The notes beneath the pieces were generated by a model, which searched no databases, was not told the origin of the DNA, and saw only the letters and a program-made list of their open reading frames with translations. A DNA stretch of 64,000 bases from Lingula anatina (lineage: Eukaryota > Animalia > Brachiopoda), in NCBI GenBank assembly GCA_051362555.1, contig CM120643.1, positions 23,440,848 to 23,504,847 of the forward strand, read 5' to 3'. Every line of letters starts with the position of its first letter. Position 1 is the stretch's first letter. The translations under genes and the position numbers were made by a program. This document shows, piece after piece, positions 38,198-52,632 of the stretch.

Positions 38198-41100
38198 ACA
38201 GTTATTTCGATTACAATATCAGTGGGTGAAACGATTATTAGTCTAGCTACCTGTTGCTCGTAACCGTGTTTGATTTAACCATCACAAATAGATTGAAAGT
38301 ATGCCTCTAACCGCTGCCTCATGTCCAAAAAATTAGACAAAAAGAACACATAATTCTGTAATGTCAGTTCTCTATAGACAATCATCTCTTACATATATAT
38401 TCTACTGACCTTGCCCTATAGAAAGGGCACAGAGGAAATGCATTCACTAAATTTACTGCATTGGCTCCTTCATTGCTTGCGACGTGCGTCTTGGACCACG
38501 CACGTCTCACTTGCGAACTCCTTGCGAGTGGAGCAAGTTACGTTTGTCGCCACTCTGTTCGCAGATTATTAATAGAATCTTTTGGACATGCCCAACAGCC
38601 TCCGTAAATGCATACAGGCTGTCTGCGAACTCCAAATTTCGCAAGAGGGACTTGTGTTGCACGGGAGATTCTGCGCAAAATTTGGACGCAAACAGGCCGT
38701 AAGAGAGACAAAGCAAAATGATCGACTATCACGGCGTCCCAAATGACATGTGAAAACATCAAAATGAAAATATAGACATCAGCTTTCACGAGATGTTGAA
38801 CTATCTACAAATTTAGTTAAAATGGACATTAGTATTATATCCAGGGTAGCATGCTGAGAATACACACTTATAAGCGCACCTCCTTCTAATTTCTAATCGA
38901 AAAATTTCTCTTTTATTATCCGCCCGTTCCGAAAAGAACAAAAAGTAAGGGAAATGATGTAACGAAATTCTGTGCTATTTTTGTGCTATTTGGCAATACT
39001 TTGCGATAGGTACTGGCTTAATCTTTCAATAAGATATTTGCAATACATGGTGTTATATGTTCTTGCTTCCATGTTTATAGTGATTCTGTGACTCTGTCAA
39101 CCCAGACAAACCGCATTTCTTATCTGAAAACTCAGATCAACATCAGGCAATGGGTTTTGGGAAAGGGGGCTATTGTATGACTTCAATACATGCAAACACA
39201 ATATTTGTATAGCCTAATATCCTCGGTGACTGAAAGAAAAGTATAGTCATGTAGTTGACTGGGATTAAGGAATTGGGTAAAGGTATGAAGATACCCCAAA
39301 AATTATTTTTCAAATATCTCTAAGGGGGGAAAACCCTTACCTCCCTCCCCCCCTCCGGCAGCCTGCGATCCTGACTGCAATCAATGCCTTATCAAGGCAT
39401 TTTCAGGCAACACTGTTGTCCCACCTTTAAGATACAGGTATAGGTGAATTTCACGTGATTTATGGAGCTCGTGTCTGTCTAATAATCCTAGTCATTTTTA
39501 CCACCTGAGGCTTTAGCTATGGACTAAGTATATTCTACAATTTTCGTTTCCTCGTGCCCATTATTGCGATGAATTCTTATAAGTCAAAATGAGCGATCTG
39601 TAGGTGCAATCTTGTCCACACGCAACATGTGGCTGTCATGTCCATAACATTAAGTGATTAAAGCTGTAATCGGGCAAGAGAAGCTTAGAACAGTATGTCA
39701 CATTCTCTATTCATACATTCATTTTGATCACGATCAACATGCACTGTATTGGTGTTAATTCATGCCTAAACTGTTGGACGAGGGCTCCCATAGGTGTACC
39801 GGGTAGATAGCTTTCGAGTTATATGAAAAAATGTCAATGGCTCCATAGGGCCATTTTTATTGAGCTCAAAATGTAACATTACAGTCGAAGCGAAAATTTT
39901 GGACCCTAGAAATTTTTGTTCCTATGAAGTTTTTTTCTTGATTCGGGTTTCCATGAGGTGCTAAACAAATTAAGATTGGTTAGCACTTTGGCAACCTTCG
40001 TCAACTATAAATATCCAAGATGACCAATAGCAATAAACACCCTTGCATATGAAAGGCCCTCGATCTTGGCTGATAACCCTATTTCAGCCCAACCATCCAC
40101 TAGAAATGTGTCAATGGACGTCGCTTTAGTGTTTAGTGTTTTTGAACATTTTTGACAAAATGCCATTTGTTTCTCAAAGCAACCAAACAAAATTTTAAGA
40201 AACTAATTATAGCGAAAAATGTCAAAGTCACTTAAAGTTTTATTTGATTGGATAATTTCTCAATCAAAATGTTATTTTCTATCCCGTGTATACATGTGAC
40301 AACTGCAGACAGGATTTTGGGAACTATCCAATTATGACTTGTAATGGATATCATATTCTAGATACAGTGTTTAACCTAAAACAAGGCTCACAGATATTGG
40401 CTATAAGAATATATTCATTGTGTTGTTGACAAATTATAAATCAGAATTCATATGATCACGCAAAAGAGGATGAGACGAAAAACAGGTGAATGCGTGTGAT
40501 CCGTATGGAGATATAAGGTTTAATGCTCTTTTGTATAAAAAGTAAGTTAATCAATACACGTTTGGAAGCTTCAACTTGGCGTCGTACGTCGACGCTATAA
40601 CACTAGGTGAGAAATCTAACGTTAATAAGTGTAATTCACTTGTTTTAATCCTTTAACTAGTTATATGAAGAGTGATTCTAAACAACTACACCAAATGTCT
40701 GTTTTTATCCAACACTGTTTCAAGTTTGGTTTCGACTATTTAACCAAACTTTAATTTTTTTAGTGCGTATTGAAGCATCACTTCCAGGTTAAAGTTAATC
40801 TTTGCCTTAAAGTTATTAAATCCTGATATAGTTACGTTGAAGAATTGTAATTCAGAATGGCTGTAAAAACAAACCACGGCTATGCGACAGAGACAATTGC
40901 CAGTGTAAACTTTCCAAAGCAAAGTTTTCATGGCTTGTCATAATAACATATTTAGTTCCTGAAAAGTGCAAACCAATGAAGTGATTAAACCCTAGCAGAG
41001 CTTAACGTATTACAAAATATCATTCTCAATTTATAATGAGAACATATCCTTATAAATATACTTTAATTTTAATTTAATTTTCATTGTGATTTTCAAACAG

Positions 41101-42472
41101 TAAATCTTTTGAAACAGAGACATTATTGTTATCTTCATGACATGTGTAACGTAGCTTAAAGAGCCAGCAAATGTACCAATTGTGTAATTTCGTTTTCAGT
41201 AAACATCATCATTATAAAAGCAGTAGCCTATACCCCATGTGCAAATGAAATAGAACGTATGATGAGATCAGATATTACCATTCTATTAAGTGCATGGCTT
41301 GACATTTGCAATTTCATCAGTTTAGAACATGTACCGGTAATTCTCGTCTCAGGGGGGCGGAGAGTCTTAAGTATAAATGTTATACCAATATCTGTGGGTT
41401 GCTGGGCTTACATGTTATTGATATTGTAAGGAACGGTGCCCCTAAGCATGTCCCACGCACCCTAAGATGTCGCCCCCCTCTCGTGACACTTGTCTCGAGA
41501 GACTAGTTAATATCTTAACTTTATAGGTAATATTATTTCAATAAGACATGTTAAGTAGATCTGGATATATAGAACAGGTGGTGTGTAAATTATACACTCT
41601 TTCGACTTATGACTTAGGGCTTAAGAACTAAGACAGTGGAAATAAAGCTGTTTGGAAATCCACAACTCATGTTGTTTACTTCTTCTCGATCTGTGAATTT
41701 AAACCTTACAATATAATGATATTAAGAAGAATTAGAAACATTTGTTATAGTTCGAATTGACTACCAAATGCTTATTCTTTATCATAAGCAGCGTGACAGC
41801 TGAGTGGTTTTCCTTTCATTACAGACCGCTACTCCGTTTCCAATGAACGGTAAGCTATCGACCTTGTCTCTTTCAAACGAGGGCATGTTGGTAGATACAG
41901 GTTTACATTGCTGATATTCTATTAAATAAGACACGTATCTTCGATTTGAAAAATAATAACGTTGATCAATCTACATAAAAATTCCCCTTGACTCTTTTGG
42001 CAAGTTCTACCTCCCAATTTACACACACTCATAAATTGTGACTGCTGTGCAAGCTCACCTCCTGCAATTCACAAATTTTACCAAATATAAAATGAGTGAC
42101 AATTGTATGATACTCACAATGTGTGTGCGTAGAGGGGGTGTGCAAAAATTAGTTTTCTCTGCACGAAATGACCAAGTTATAATTAGTTAGAAATAAACTG
42201 CCTTTTAAAACAGTAATTAATGAACACTGTCTCAGAGCGACAGACTTGAACAGGAATCAAGGGGAGATTTAAAAATAGAACAGATAGTACGAGCTATCTG
42301 CAAATAATATGTTTATGTTTCCGGGCTTATATGTATGAGTCACTGATTGGGATATCTCTATTCACAGAAATTTAATACAAAGTCTCTATCTGTTGTTTTC
42401 AATGTCTCTATTCAATATTTTCTACGATTATTGTTACAAGAAAAGAAGCACCTAACGGAGTCTACAAACTCG

Positions 42473-42692
42473 CACACACTGGACAATAGAAGTGTCACCC
42501 CCTGAATCAGAGTAATCAAAATTATAATGTGACTAATGACTATAAAACGGTTGTATCATGGAATTGTATTGTGGGTCTATTTGTGAAATTTGATGTTAAT
42601 AAAATGATACCAGGAGCATATCATTCCACAGTCATTTATCTCCCCCAAAATATTGGTTCAGTAGGGGTGACACTTCTATTGTCCAGTGTGTG
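42473..42692. mobile_element. MITE with about 34-bp TIRs (CACACACTGGACAATAGAAGTGTCACC), copy 1
   Basis: Clear TIRs; same family as 48224-49819. The right end plus flank is tandemly duplicated (about 42655-42812). Confidence 0.8.
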
Positions 42693-44445
42693 TTGGTTTC
42701 GTCTCTCCGCCCCTCTTTCTGTGCTGTTTCGCTTCAGTTCAGTAGCGGTGACACTTTTATTGTCCAGTGTGCGTTGGGTTCGTCTCTCCGCCCCTCTTTC
42801 TGTGCTGTTTCGCTGGCTCGTTTACTCTAATTTTCCTCCGTTTTTCTTCGATGAGAAATTGAACACTATATACTGCTCTACGTTAAGACAAAGGCTAGGT
42901 AAGCGGATGGGACTAGAAACAAGGGAATTTCAGTGACCAATAAAACGTTGCTTTTGCTCATCAAGGGCATCTGGCCACCCTTGACGTCAGTAAACGGACC
43001 CAGCCCCGTCCAGCAAAAAAGGAGACATCGGTCGCTACCTTGACCTCTATTGCGCTGACATACACATCTATCACAATATTTACATTTATTCCTTCACATA
43101 AATTATACAATAAATAAGTGGTATATCATTTACATTTTGAAAAACGCGTGTTCACTCATGTGGGTTACATTTTACATAAAGAAGCAATAAAAGAGAAAAC
43201 CTTAAGCTTAATGGTTTTAATGATTAGACCAAATTTAAGTTTATTTGACCTATAAGAAAAAAAAAAGAGTTAAATCAATGTAGTTTTATAACAAGAAAAA
43301 TGCTTCTAATATTCAGAACAATATTGATTTAAGTGGATCTCTATTATTTTACCATTTAACTGACATTTTCGAGGAAGACCTCTTATTCTTCCCCTCCCCC
43401 CCCCCCCAGTCCCACCCGGGCAACCTACGATAATGACTGAAATTAATGCCTTATCAAGTAACTATGGGGTAAAAAAATTGATCACGTCATTTTGTAAAGT
43501 GACCTTATCCATAATGCCAAGAAAACATCGGTCGTAAAGAGTTTTATGTAGGCGGTGAGTCCAAATGAAAGAATTCTGCATCTTAAAGTAACTTTATTAA
43601 AGAGATTTTAAACTCTGTTTTCATAGGCTTCTGATCAAAAATAGTTTATATGTATGTATAGGTCATCAAACTAAAGCTCATTGTTTCAAGTTTCACAGAA
43701 ACGTATCATCGTAGTTCATTCTAGCACCAAAATGGCTGCAATAAAAAATGTGCACCTTGGGCTAGTTGGCCCCCTTGACTTAGAGCAGGTTGGACCCTCA
43801 TATAGATCACAATTCTTTGCGCCCAACAGAGCTATAGACCATTGTTCAAGCAAAGTCAATGGTTTGTTTTAATAATTACCAGTTTAAGACTGAATGTGTT
43901 AGTTTCTTTTAAAACGAAAATTCATTTTTCGTTTTCATTCATTAAAAACCTACTTCATACCATTATTAGCTTATTCTAAATTAAAACAAAACAAATTTAA
44001 TAAACAGATATTTTGGTTCTTACGACACATACAACGAAACGTATAGAAAACTCAATATATCTGCCTCATTGAACTACTTATTCAGCAATGACTCTCAAAA
44101 ATCAATTTTGTAACATGTGTATGTATGATGTATGATTGTGGTTGTGATAGTGTAGAGAAGTGTGTTCGTGCCTTTTCGTTTGTGTCTTCGTTTCTATATA
44201 AAATACGCCCCTCTTTGTTACGCGGCACATTCGTTTCTTGTTTCTGCCATGTTCACACACAGGTATGATAGACTTGATTGGTTTGCTTTTCATTTTCTTT
44301 GTGTTAAGATTTTGTATTTCTTTAAGTTATTTTGTTTGATAATTTCAGTGCTTATCATTTATTTTCATTCTTATTTAGTTTGGAAATTTAGTAAGTATTT
44401 TTAGTTCATTAATTTTGTTCATTAAAATTTTTCTATTTTAGTTCA

Positions 44446-44829
44446 TGTCGGGTCTGACATAAAGATCATATGAAGTCGTATGACGTAATGTCTTGTAGTC
44501 TAATAGCTCTTGAGTAATGCGGCGGTCTCTGTGTATGACGCCGAAGTAAAGAAATCAAATATGCAATTAAAGGTAGATAAAGTTTGCGTCATAGACCATA
44601 CATGTAGATAAGGAATAAGGATATAAGCAATACCTGGAGAGATAGACGGGAGTCATGTAGAAGGAAGCAGGGGAGGAGGAGATTGGAAGCGACGGAGTAC
44701 GGAGCTGACGAGTTAAGAGTTGGAGGCTTCACTTAGAATATGTAGTTACCTAGCGTCAACGAATAAATCATTCAACTAGTCATTATGTGGACTTGGGTTT
44801 TCTTTGCGCGACCTTACGTAAATCTGACA
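44446..44829 (+). mobile_element. Possible solo LTR
   Basis: TGTCGGGT...ATCTGACA inverted ends, TATA-like GATATAAG, a purine-rich tract and AATAAA near 44762. No matching TSD. Confidence 0.35.
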
Positions 44830-45250
44830 CGAACTGTGGGATCTTTGGATTGCGTTATCCACTAAGTTAGTCTAAAATGTAATGTCCTATTTCGAGCCCA
44901 CGCTTGAATTAAGCGTTCAAAATTATATAAGTTTAGGACATTCATCATAGGCATATGTAAAAGGTTCATTACATTTAGTTCAAGATTAAGTTAATTTTAT
45001 ATATTTGTAATTTATTAAAAGACATTCGTTTCTTGTTTCTGCCATGGTCACACACAGAGTAAACTCGGGTTCGTAAATAAAGTACAGTGAGAGCTGTTAC
45101 AATTTAATAAAGTAAAAATGTGTAAAAATGTATTTTATGACGTTTACATGGTATACTTACTGCATTTAAATATAGGGTGCCAATTTGCCCCTTTCCGGGG
45201 GCCAACTTGCCAAATCGCAGGGCAATTTGGGTCCCCCTGACGTCAATAGC

Positions 45251-45285
<35 letters not shown>

Positions 45286-46197
45286 TCAAATTGTGAGTCA
45301 TCTGGCATTATTTGAAAAATAATGCCGTTGTATACGTAGCTCAGTTCATGACGCTTATTTTAAAACCACTTTAGTTACTCTAACTCATTCCCAGTTGGCT
45401 CTACAAGGCTATACTGTATTTATAATAATATTTGAACAAGAATTGCCGTCTCTACATTCAATATAAAAAACAACCTCCTACAGTAAATACAGAAGTTCTA
45501 GTAGTATAAAAATATTCAAATTACAGCAATTTATATCACGATTAAGTATTTATTGCATATTACATATGAAATAAATTTGCAAAGAAAATAACGTGATCCG
45601 AGCTATTATTCGTGATTACGCGTAAGCTCCTCACAGAAATCACCAGAGATACCCTAAAACGAGACTGTGTAACGTCATACAAGACAAGAAACCGTTCGGC
45701 CAGAAAGGGGATCTGACATCTTTTGACCCGGCTTTCCCGACCCTTGTACTGCAAATACTTCGAAATCTCAGTTGAATTTTAGCTATGTATTGGGATTTTG
45801 GGCTACACTGTATCTTGTACGATTTGCGCTCATTCGTATTATTTGGTATATTCCATGCATAGATGAAACCCTTCATTGTGGATAGCATGCACTGATAAGC
45901 TAAACTTCGTGAATGAGCTCATATTGTCGCATTCCATAACTGTGACTCATTTTGCCTAATTTACTTGCGATACTTAGAAAAAGATGACAACGTGAACTTG
46001 AAAATTATTTCAATCCATTGATGAAAGCATTCGGTAAAATATTCGAAATCAAAACTTTGGATCAAAAAGCAAGTTTTGTTGAATAGTGTATGTTCCCACT
46101 TAATATCATGTCAAAGCAAATAAATTATCTCTATGTGGTCAGACTACCAATTAACCGAGGCAGAGCATTGCAAAATAAAATGTCGTGTGGACTGTCC

Positions 46198-49100
46198 CTA
46201 AGTTCGTGTAATGGCTGTGTTTCTTGTAAACATCTCCCTTAACTGTGTTCTAAATTGAGAGCCACTGATTAGAAAAATCAGTAAATTGAGCGCATGATAT
46301 AACAACTCGCCAACTCTACCAACATAAAAAAGATACCCTACAAACACAGGTATTCCTTCACCAGGCACATATGTTATGAAAACCATACTTATAACAGATG
46401 CCGTACAAAGAATAAGAAAAAAGAGAGACGAAACCAATAGAGACACGGTGCTAATGATTTCCTTATTCTTTTTCTTATATCTCCCGCCAGATGTGAGTTC
46501 TTTTCGGGATTTTCTTTGAGCCCAGATAAAATGTATTATCTTGATATTCATCCCGATAATGGCGAGTAACATCATGATTCTTCCGATGATGCGTATTGCT
46601 GCTACAATTCCTAAGCGTCTCTGCCATACACGGTATTCCTCAACAGCTAACGCACAAGGGGCATCAGAGTACATTAAGCTTGTAAAGGCCACGGCTCCAG
46701 ATGCTGCTGCCCCGGCATAAACCATCTGCGAAAATGAAAGAAGTGACAGTTTCAGAGACTGGTTCGTGGCATAAGATTACGGTAGCTGATCAACGTCAGA
46801 TGGTGTAAGTTACCGCATTGTTACAACCCACTTTGAAAAAATTACGCAATTTGAAAAAAAATTCAAATCGCGTCAAAAATGGGACAAAGTCAACGCGATT
46901 TGAAAAGAAATTTCCGTTAAGAACATACATTCATAAATTATTTCATTTTGCTTGAGGTTATGAATTCAGTCGACATGCTTTTTATCAACTTATTTTCTTG
47001 AATGAATCTGTCGATTGCAAAAGGCAAGAAGAAATTTCGGAAAATGCAAAGGGAAAATGAAACTTGATAGGCCAAAATGAAGTGAAATTATTATAAATTG
47101 TTCCTTATTTTCAAGAATATTATGGGGAAGACCCCCAGACTGCTTGTTTCTATGAGGAGTTCTATTGTTGTTGATTTTTTGACAATCACTTTCATTTTAT
47201 TCCTGATGTCCCTGGTGTCTGACAGGCAAAAAGCTGTCTTGAGGAGGTCAAATTGACTTTGCCCCGCCATCCAAATCAATTGCTGGGCCTAACTAGACAG
47301 ATGATTGTCCAAAGTATCCATATCAATATATTAAATGACTCAAATTGGACACAGCCAGTGTGACCTCCATCTGTTTATGGCTGCTAATAATGCTCTTTAG
47401 GCCTTGTTGTTGATTCTAAAGGCCTACTAAAAGATGGCCTAGGCCTGGGCCCGGTTTATCAAAAAATCTAAGCAAAAAGTTTTTGCTTAGCTAAAAACTT
47501 TACTTGCTAATAAAAAGATAAGTAACTAATATTTACAGTATTTATAGGCCTACAACTTCCCAGCAACCACATTTCTACCAAATAGGCCATTGTATATATA
47601 TGCCTATAGAAAGTCAGGTGATTAGGCATAGGCAGATACTCATCTTAACATTTTTCTCAAATTTTTTCAAAGTGTGTTAAAATGTGCCTGTTTGACGCAA
47701 TTTGAAATATTACATTTTTCTTTTAAATTGCGTTGAGTCTGTCCACGATTTTAACGCAATTTGAATTTTTTTTCAAATCGCGTTGACTTTGTCCCATTTT
47801 TGACGCGATTTGAAAATTTTTTTCAAATTGCGTAATTTTTTCAAAGTGGGTTGCAACACTGCATATCATTGGCGGGCCTACGTGCATGGTGGGGCACGTA
47901 TCATTAGCGTCGGCCCCTCCCCCATCCACCACCCCAAACGAGACAAAACAAAATTATTTTCCATCATAAAAAGGTAAAATGTTTTCTTCCTTTGACCCTA
48001 AAAATCCTGATCTACACCTGTTTGTACATGTACCACAGGGAAAAAATAAGGGAGTATGGGAAAAGCTGACGCAGCTTTTAACAATGCAGATAATTGTAGT
48101 TCAACAGTGCTTTTTAAAAAAATATGTTATGACTGTCAAGTGAGATTTTTCTTGTTAATGAAAGATCAAATCAAAAGCAAAATCTTCAATAGTATACGTC
48201 CTGTGCTTCGGGGTACATGTATACACACACTACTGGACAATAGAAGTGTCACCCCCTGAATAAGAGTAATCAAAGTTATAATGCCTGCATGGTCTACTTA
48301 TAATGTGACTAATGAGTATAAAACCGCTGTACCATGTAATTGTATTGTTGATCTTTTTGTGAAATTTGATGTTAATAGTTCAGGGAATACCCTTGATCTA
48401 GTTTTGTCAAAAAGACCTCAGCAAATCTGTGATTTAGCCGTCTGGCCTGACGGTTTTTGCTCGGACCATTATCCAGTAGTGTTCATGTTTGAAATGAATG
48501 TGAGTAGGGTGAATCAGAGGTGCGGTCAAGGTCAATTTTAGATTGGAAGCATGCAGATCTTCAAGGGCTGAGGAATGTCCTTCGTGAGAGGCTTGGTCAT
48601 GGTTCTAATTTTAGGGCACATAATGCAAACAATGATGTTGAACATGTGTGGAATGAATGGCTGTTTGTGGTAAATGAGGGAATAGAATGCTTCAAGTAGG
48701 CCTTGGTGGATTACGGGAGAGCTAAAGCATTTGTCAAATAGGGTGAAGTCAGCGTTGCGTTATAAAGCTAGAAGGGAAAGTAACAACTTGGAATAAGTAT
48801 AGATTTTTGAGAAATATGTTGAGGGATAAGTCCTGTGCTAGTTACGAAACATATATCGAAGCACTAGTTAGGGAGTCAAGGTCCAATCCGAATCGCTTTT
48901 GGTCGTTTTATCACAACAAAGTAAATGCTGATAGGATACCGAAATCTATCAGTTACAATGGTGTGAAGGGAGTTGATTGCGGTGATAAAGCCAAATTGTT
49001 CAATGATTACTTTACTGTCGTCTTTCCTAATGATAATATAGTATTGCCAGATATTGACATTGTGGTCGAACCTTCGTTAGAATGTTTTAAATTTACGACC

Positions 49101-51307
49101 GAAGAGGTGTTAAATTGTTTTTCAGGTCCTGATGGAATTCTGCCAAAACTATTGAAGGAATGTGGCGCATAATTAAGTGACTCTTGTGCGTTCTTATTTA
49201 ATTGTAGTATGTTGACTCGTGAGCTGTTTAATATTTGGAATATCACGCCTGTGAACGAAGAGGGTAACAAGGGTAAGGTAGAAAACTACAGGCCAGTATC
49301 TTTGTTATGTACTATTTCCAAGGTTATAGAGAGGTTGATCGCACTAAGCTGACCGAACTAATCCTACCTAAACTTAATGATGGTCATCATGGTTTTCGTG
49401 CACAGCGTTCAACTAGCACCCAACTAGTACAAGCATTACATTCAATAGGGGACAATTTGGATAGAGGTGAGCAGATTGATGTCATTTATCTAGATTTTTA
49501 GTAAGGCGTTCGACGTCGTGTCTCATAAACTTTTGGTACATAAACTGCGTAGTTTTGGTATAAATGGTAGATTATTAAACTGGTTTAGCGGATATCTATT
49601 ATTTTTGCATTATTTTAAAGTGATATCATACTATTATTTGTAAGTTGTTTTATTACGCTCTTTTAAAAGTCTTGTATATAATCTTGTACTCAATAAATCA
49701 TTCAAATAAATAAAATAATAAAGTAATAAAATGATACCAGGAGCATATCATTCCACAGTCATTTATCTCCCCCAAAGTATTGGTTCAGTAGCGGTGACAC
49801 TTCTATTGTCCAGTGTGTGTACAACTGAATCGCAAAGAACTGTTCTTTTCTTTACTCTAAAAAAATTGATGTCGTAAATACTTACCGATCTGAAGAGAGT
49901 TTTTCTGGTGCATATGAAACTGGATTTGAACGGGAAACAGACAAAAAGAAATCTGTCAAGTGTTATGATGAAGATAAGAGTTGCAGCCCAGTCTGAGGTG
50001 AAAATGTCTGCAACGGATAATGTGTTGCAAAGGGCACGTGTGATCTTAGTGAAATCTACTATCTTATTTGAATCGGCCACAATTCCTACCAATAATTCAC
50101 TCAATGCTCTAAGAAAATGCGCTATTCCAAGGGTGCAACACAAGAAGGTCTTGGTTTCTGATCTTCCTTTTAGTTTTCTTTCACCGCGCACAACAACAAC
50201 CACGAGGATAATGTTGCACAAAAAAGACAACGGACAGAGAATATACACAATGTATATATATACTTTAATCACCGCCAAAAGGGCATTTATCGTCAGAGTG
50301 GAACCGCCGGACAACCAGATGAGACATTCAATTGGATCACTTTTTACCACCATTTCAAGGATACGCGGTTTGGTTTTATCCACGTCCATTGCACACGCGC
50401 GCTTTGCCAGTTTCCGCGTGTTATTTAGAACTTCCACAGGAAGTACACTGGGTCGAAATGGACATGATAGACCTAAATCGCTAATTTTCCCGAGCTGCTC
50501 TGATATGTCTTGTCGAAGGCAAAGGTACAACTTCTTACTGTTTTCATTATTTTTCATTGTGCTTTCGGCCAGGCACTCTTCTTTGTTCATCTCGTACAGC
50601 ACCGTGGCTGTGAAAACCTCCTCTGACAACTCGACGATCCCACAATACTTAGAATATGTGCTGTTAGAGAACCAAGAGCCAGTCATTCGAAAATTTTCCG
50701 TCAGTCCTCTTGTAACCTTCGGTGAGCAATAGAAATATCTTTCTTTGAAAACAGTTTCCAAATCTGATGAAGAAGGATCATGATTAACATCAACGTCCTG
50801 GTTTTGTGGCGATGCTTTGATGCATACATGCGTGCTTGAAGTAGCGTTGGCTGTGAAGTTTTTACCTTGTGTAAAGTTACGGTTTCCCCATGCATTATCG
50901 GTTTCGTAGACGATTTGAGACATGTGCTCCAGGCCGTCTTCTATCAGACCGTCGACCATTTTCCTAAAGTCAACAAATGTACTTCTTTTTGCGCTGTTTG
51001 TCAGCTGACTGCAATTTTCTTGTTCAACGCCCATTAAAACAAATCTCCCTCTCCTCATGTCCAACATACTGGTGTAATTAAAGACACACGATGAGTCCAT
51101 CGTCTTCAAGGCGACTTCCACTGAGTTGATTGGCATTCCAAATGTTGAAGTTATCTGGTCATATAATTGCCTTGTAAAGTTTAATTGACATCCGGACAAC
51201 ACTTGAACTATACCCACTCGGCGGGAGATAGGATTTTCACTAAATAAATTATTTATCTGAAAAAATGAGAGTTGCAAGATGCAAACAGGAAAAATGTAAA
51301 ACAACAT
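46198..51307 (-). CDS. Atypical class A (rhodopsin-like, peptide-receptor-like) GPCR with a long Cys-rich N-terminus; 2 exons, about 649 aa
   Basis: Exon 51307-49886 (hydrophobic N-terminus, about 330-aa ectodomain, TM1 ...LSFLCNIILVVVV, TM2, TM3 C...ITLDRFLFVCFPF) joins in phase 0 (gtaagt / cgcag) to exon 46725-46198 (TM4-TM7, ...HALNLLIFLISGSQFR helix 8). Confidence 0.85.
46816..47861. mobile_element. Non-autonomous hAT-like element with about 100-bp TIRs in the GPCR intron
   Basis: CATTGTTACAACCCACTTTGAAAAAATTACGC... and its reverse complement ending ...GTGGGTTGCAACACTG. No intact TSD. Confidence 0.7.
48224..49819. mobile_element. MITE copy 2 (TA flanks, Tc1/mariner-like) split by a CR1 fragment
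   Basis: The two halves match 42473-42692; TA at 48222-48223 and 49820-49821. Confidence 0.8.
48378..49730 (+). mobile_element. Degenerate CR1/L2-type LINE ORF2 fragment
   Basis: GNTLDLVLS...SDH (APE end), NPNRFWSFY, GPDGI, NYRPVSLL, HGFR..RST, DVIYLDF/KAFD, with stops and frameshifts; jumps to an AATAAA-rich tail. Confidence 0.85.
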
Positions 51308-52415
51308 AGCTTTGGCTGGGAATTATACGCCGAAGAAGTTACCAATGTACTGACAAAACGATGACAAATAGACAAACTGAACGAGCTTTGCCTTTATATG
51401 AGGTATCATTAATTCCGTGATGGACAGAAATGACAAATGATGTAAGCTGTTTTCGATTCCATGTTTAATGTTCCATGCATAACTGTGTGTGGAATAACAG
51501 GATGTCTCGATAATTCCACACGAATACATTTATGTAGGAAGAAAAACAATGTCTTCAACAATTATCAATTTTTTTTCTATTTTCTTCGTCAGGCATTACT
51601 TTATGTCAGCTGTAATTGTTATGCACAAGAGAGACAAAGCAAAAATATCACGGCTTCCCAAATGACATGTCAAAACATCAAAATGAAACAATATATATAG
51701 ACAGCGGCTTTCAAGAGATGTGAACTATATACAAATTCAGTTAAAATGGACATTATTTCCAGGGTAGCATGCTGAGAATACACACTTAAAAGCGCATTTT
51801 CTGATCGTAATTTCTCATCGTAAATGTTCTTTTTTGTTATCCGCCCATTCCATACAGAACAAAAAGTAAGGGAAATAATGTAATGAAATTCTGTGCTATA
51901 TTTCTGTGCTATTTGGCAATACTTTGAGATAAGTACTGGCTTAATCTTTAAAACATGGTGACTTATATGTTCTTGCTTTTTGAGCAAAGTGTATCTGCGA
52001 CTCTGTCAACCAGAGCAAACCGCATTTCTTATTCTGAAAACATCAGGCAATGTTTTTGGGGAAGGGGGCTATTAAAGGACTGCAATGCATGTACATGTAA
52101 ACAAGATATATGTATTGCCAGTGATACTTATCTTCTCTCTGACTAAAAGAAAAGAAAGAGACTTGTGATGGGCTGGGATTAAGGAATTGGAAAAGGGTTC
52201 CAAAATACCGAAAAAATTATTTTTCAAAAATCTCTAAGGGGGAAACCCCTAAGCCCCCCCCCCCCCCCCCCCCCCAAGAAGCCTAAGATCCTGACTGCAA
52301 TCAACGGATTTTCAAGACACTTACAGCAAATACTGTTGTCACACCTTAAAGATGCACATAGAGGAGAATTTACCATGATCTGTGGAGCTCGGATCTGTTT
52401 TATAATCTCAGCCTA

Positions 52416-52632
52416 AGGCTGTATTCCCAGAGCTTTTAGATCGATCTATCCCCGCGGGGAGTCTCACTACATTACTGTCAGATAATCCGGCTTAAATGTC
52501 CGTCCCGCCTACTACAAGCTGTAAGGGGGTAATTAACTTTCGTGTCCGCTCGGCTGACAGCTATTTAGCGTGAATCCCCAGGGAGTTAGGTCGATCTAAA
52601 GTAGATCGATCTAATCTCTGGAAATGGGGTCT
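52416..52632. mobile_element. Short MITE inserted after the segmental duplication
   Basis: Inverted ends and GATCGATCT palindromes; the empty site CCTAGTCATTTTTACCAC is present in copy A near 39487. Confidence 0.65.

Larger units (their letters stand above)
38700..46105. repeat. Tandem segmental duplication, copy A (copy B is about 51627-64000)
   Basis: Colinear matches: 38701/51627, 41161/54119 and 41186/60553 (across the LINE), 42030/62265, 43090/62537, 45578/62872, 45755/63748, 46072/63968. Confidence 0.9.

Noticed and set aside
49908-50732. 274-aa plus-strand ORF
   Set aside because: Antisense shadow of the GPCR exon with no recognisable motifs.
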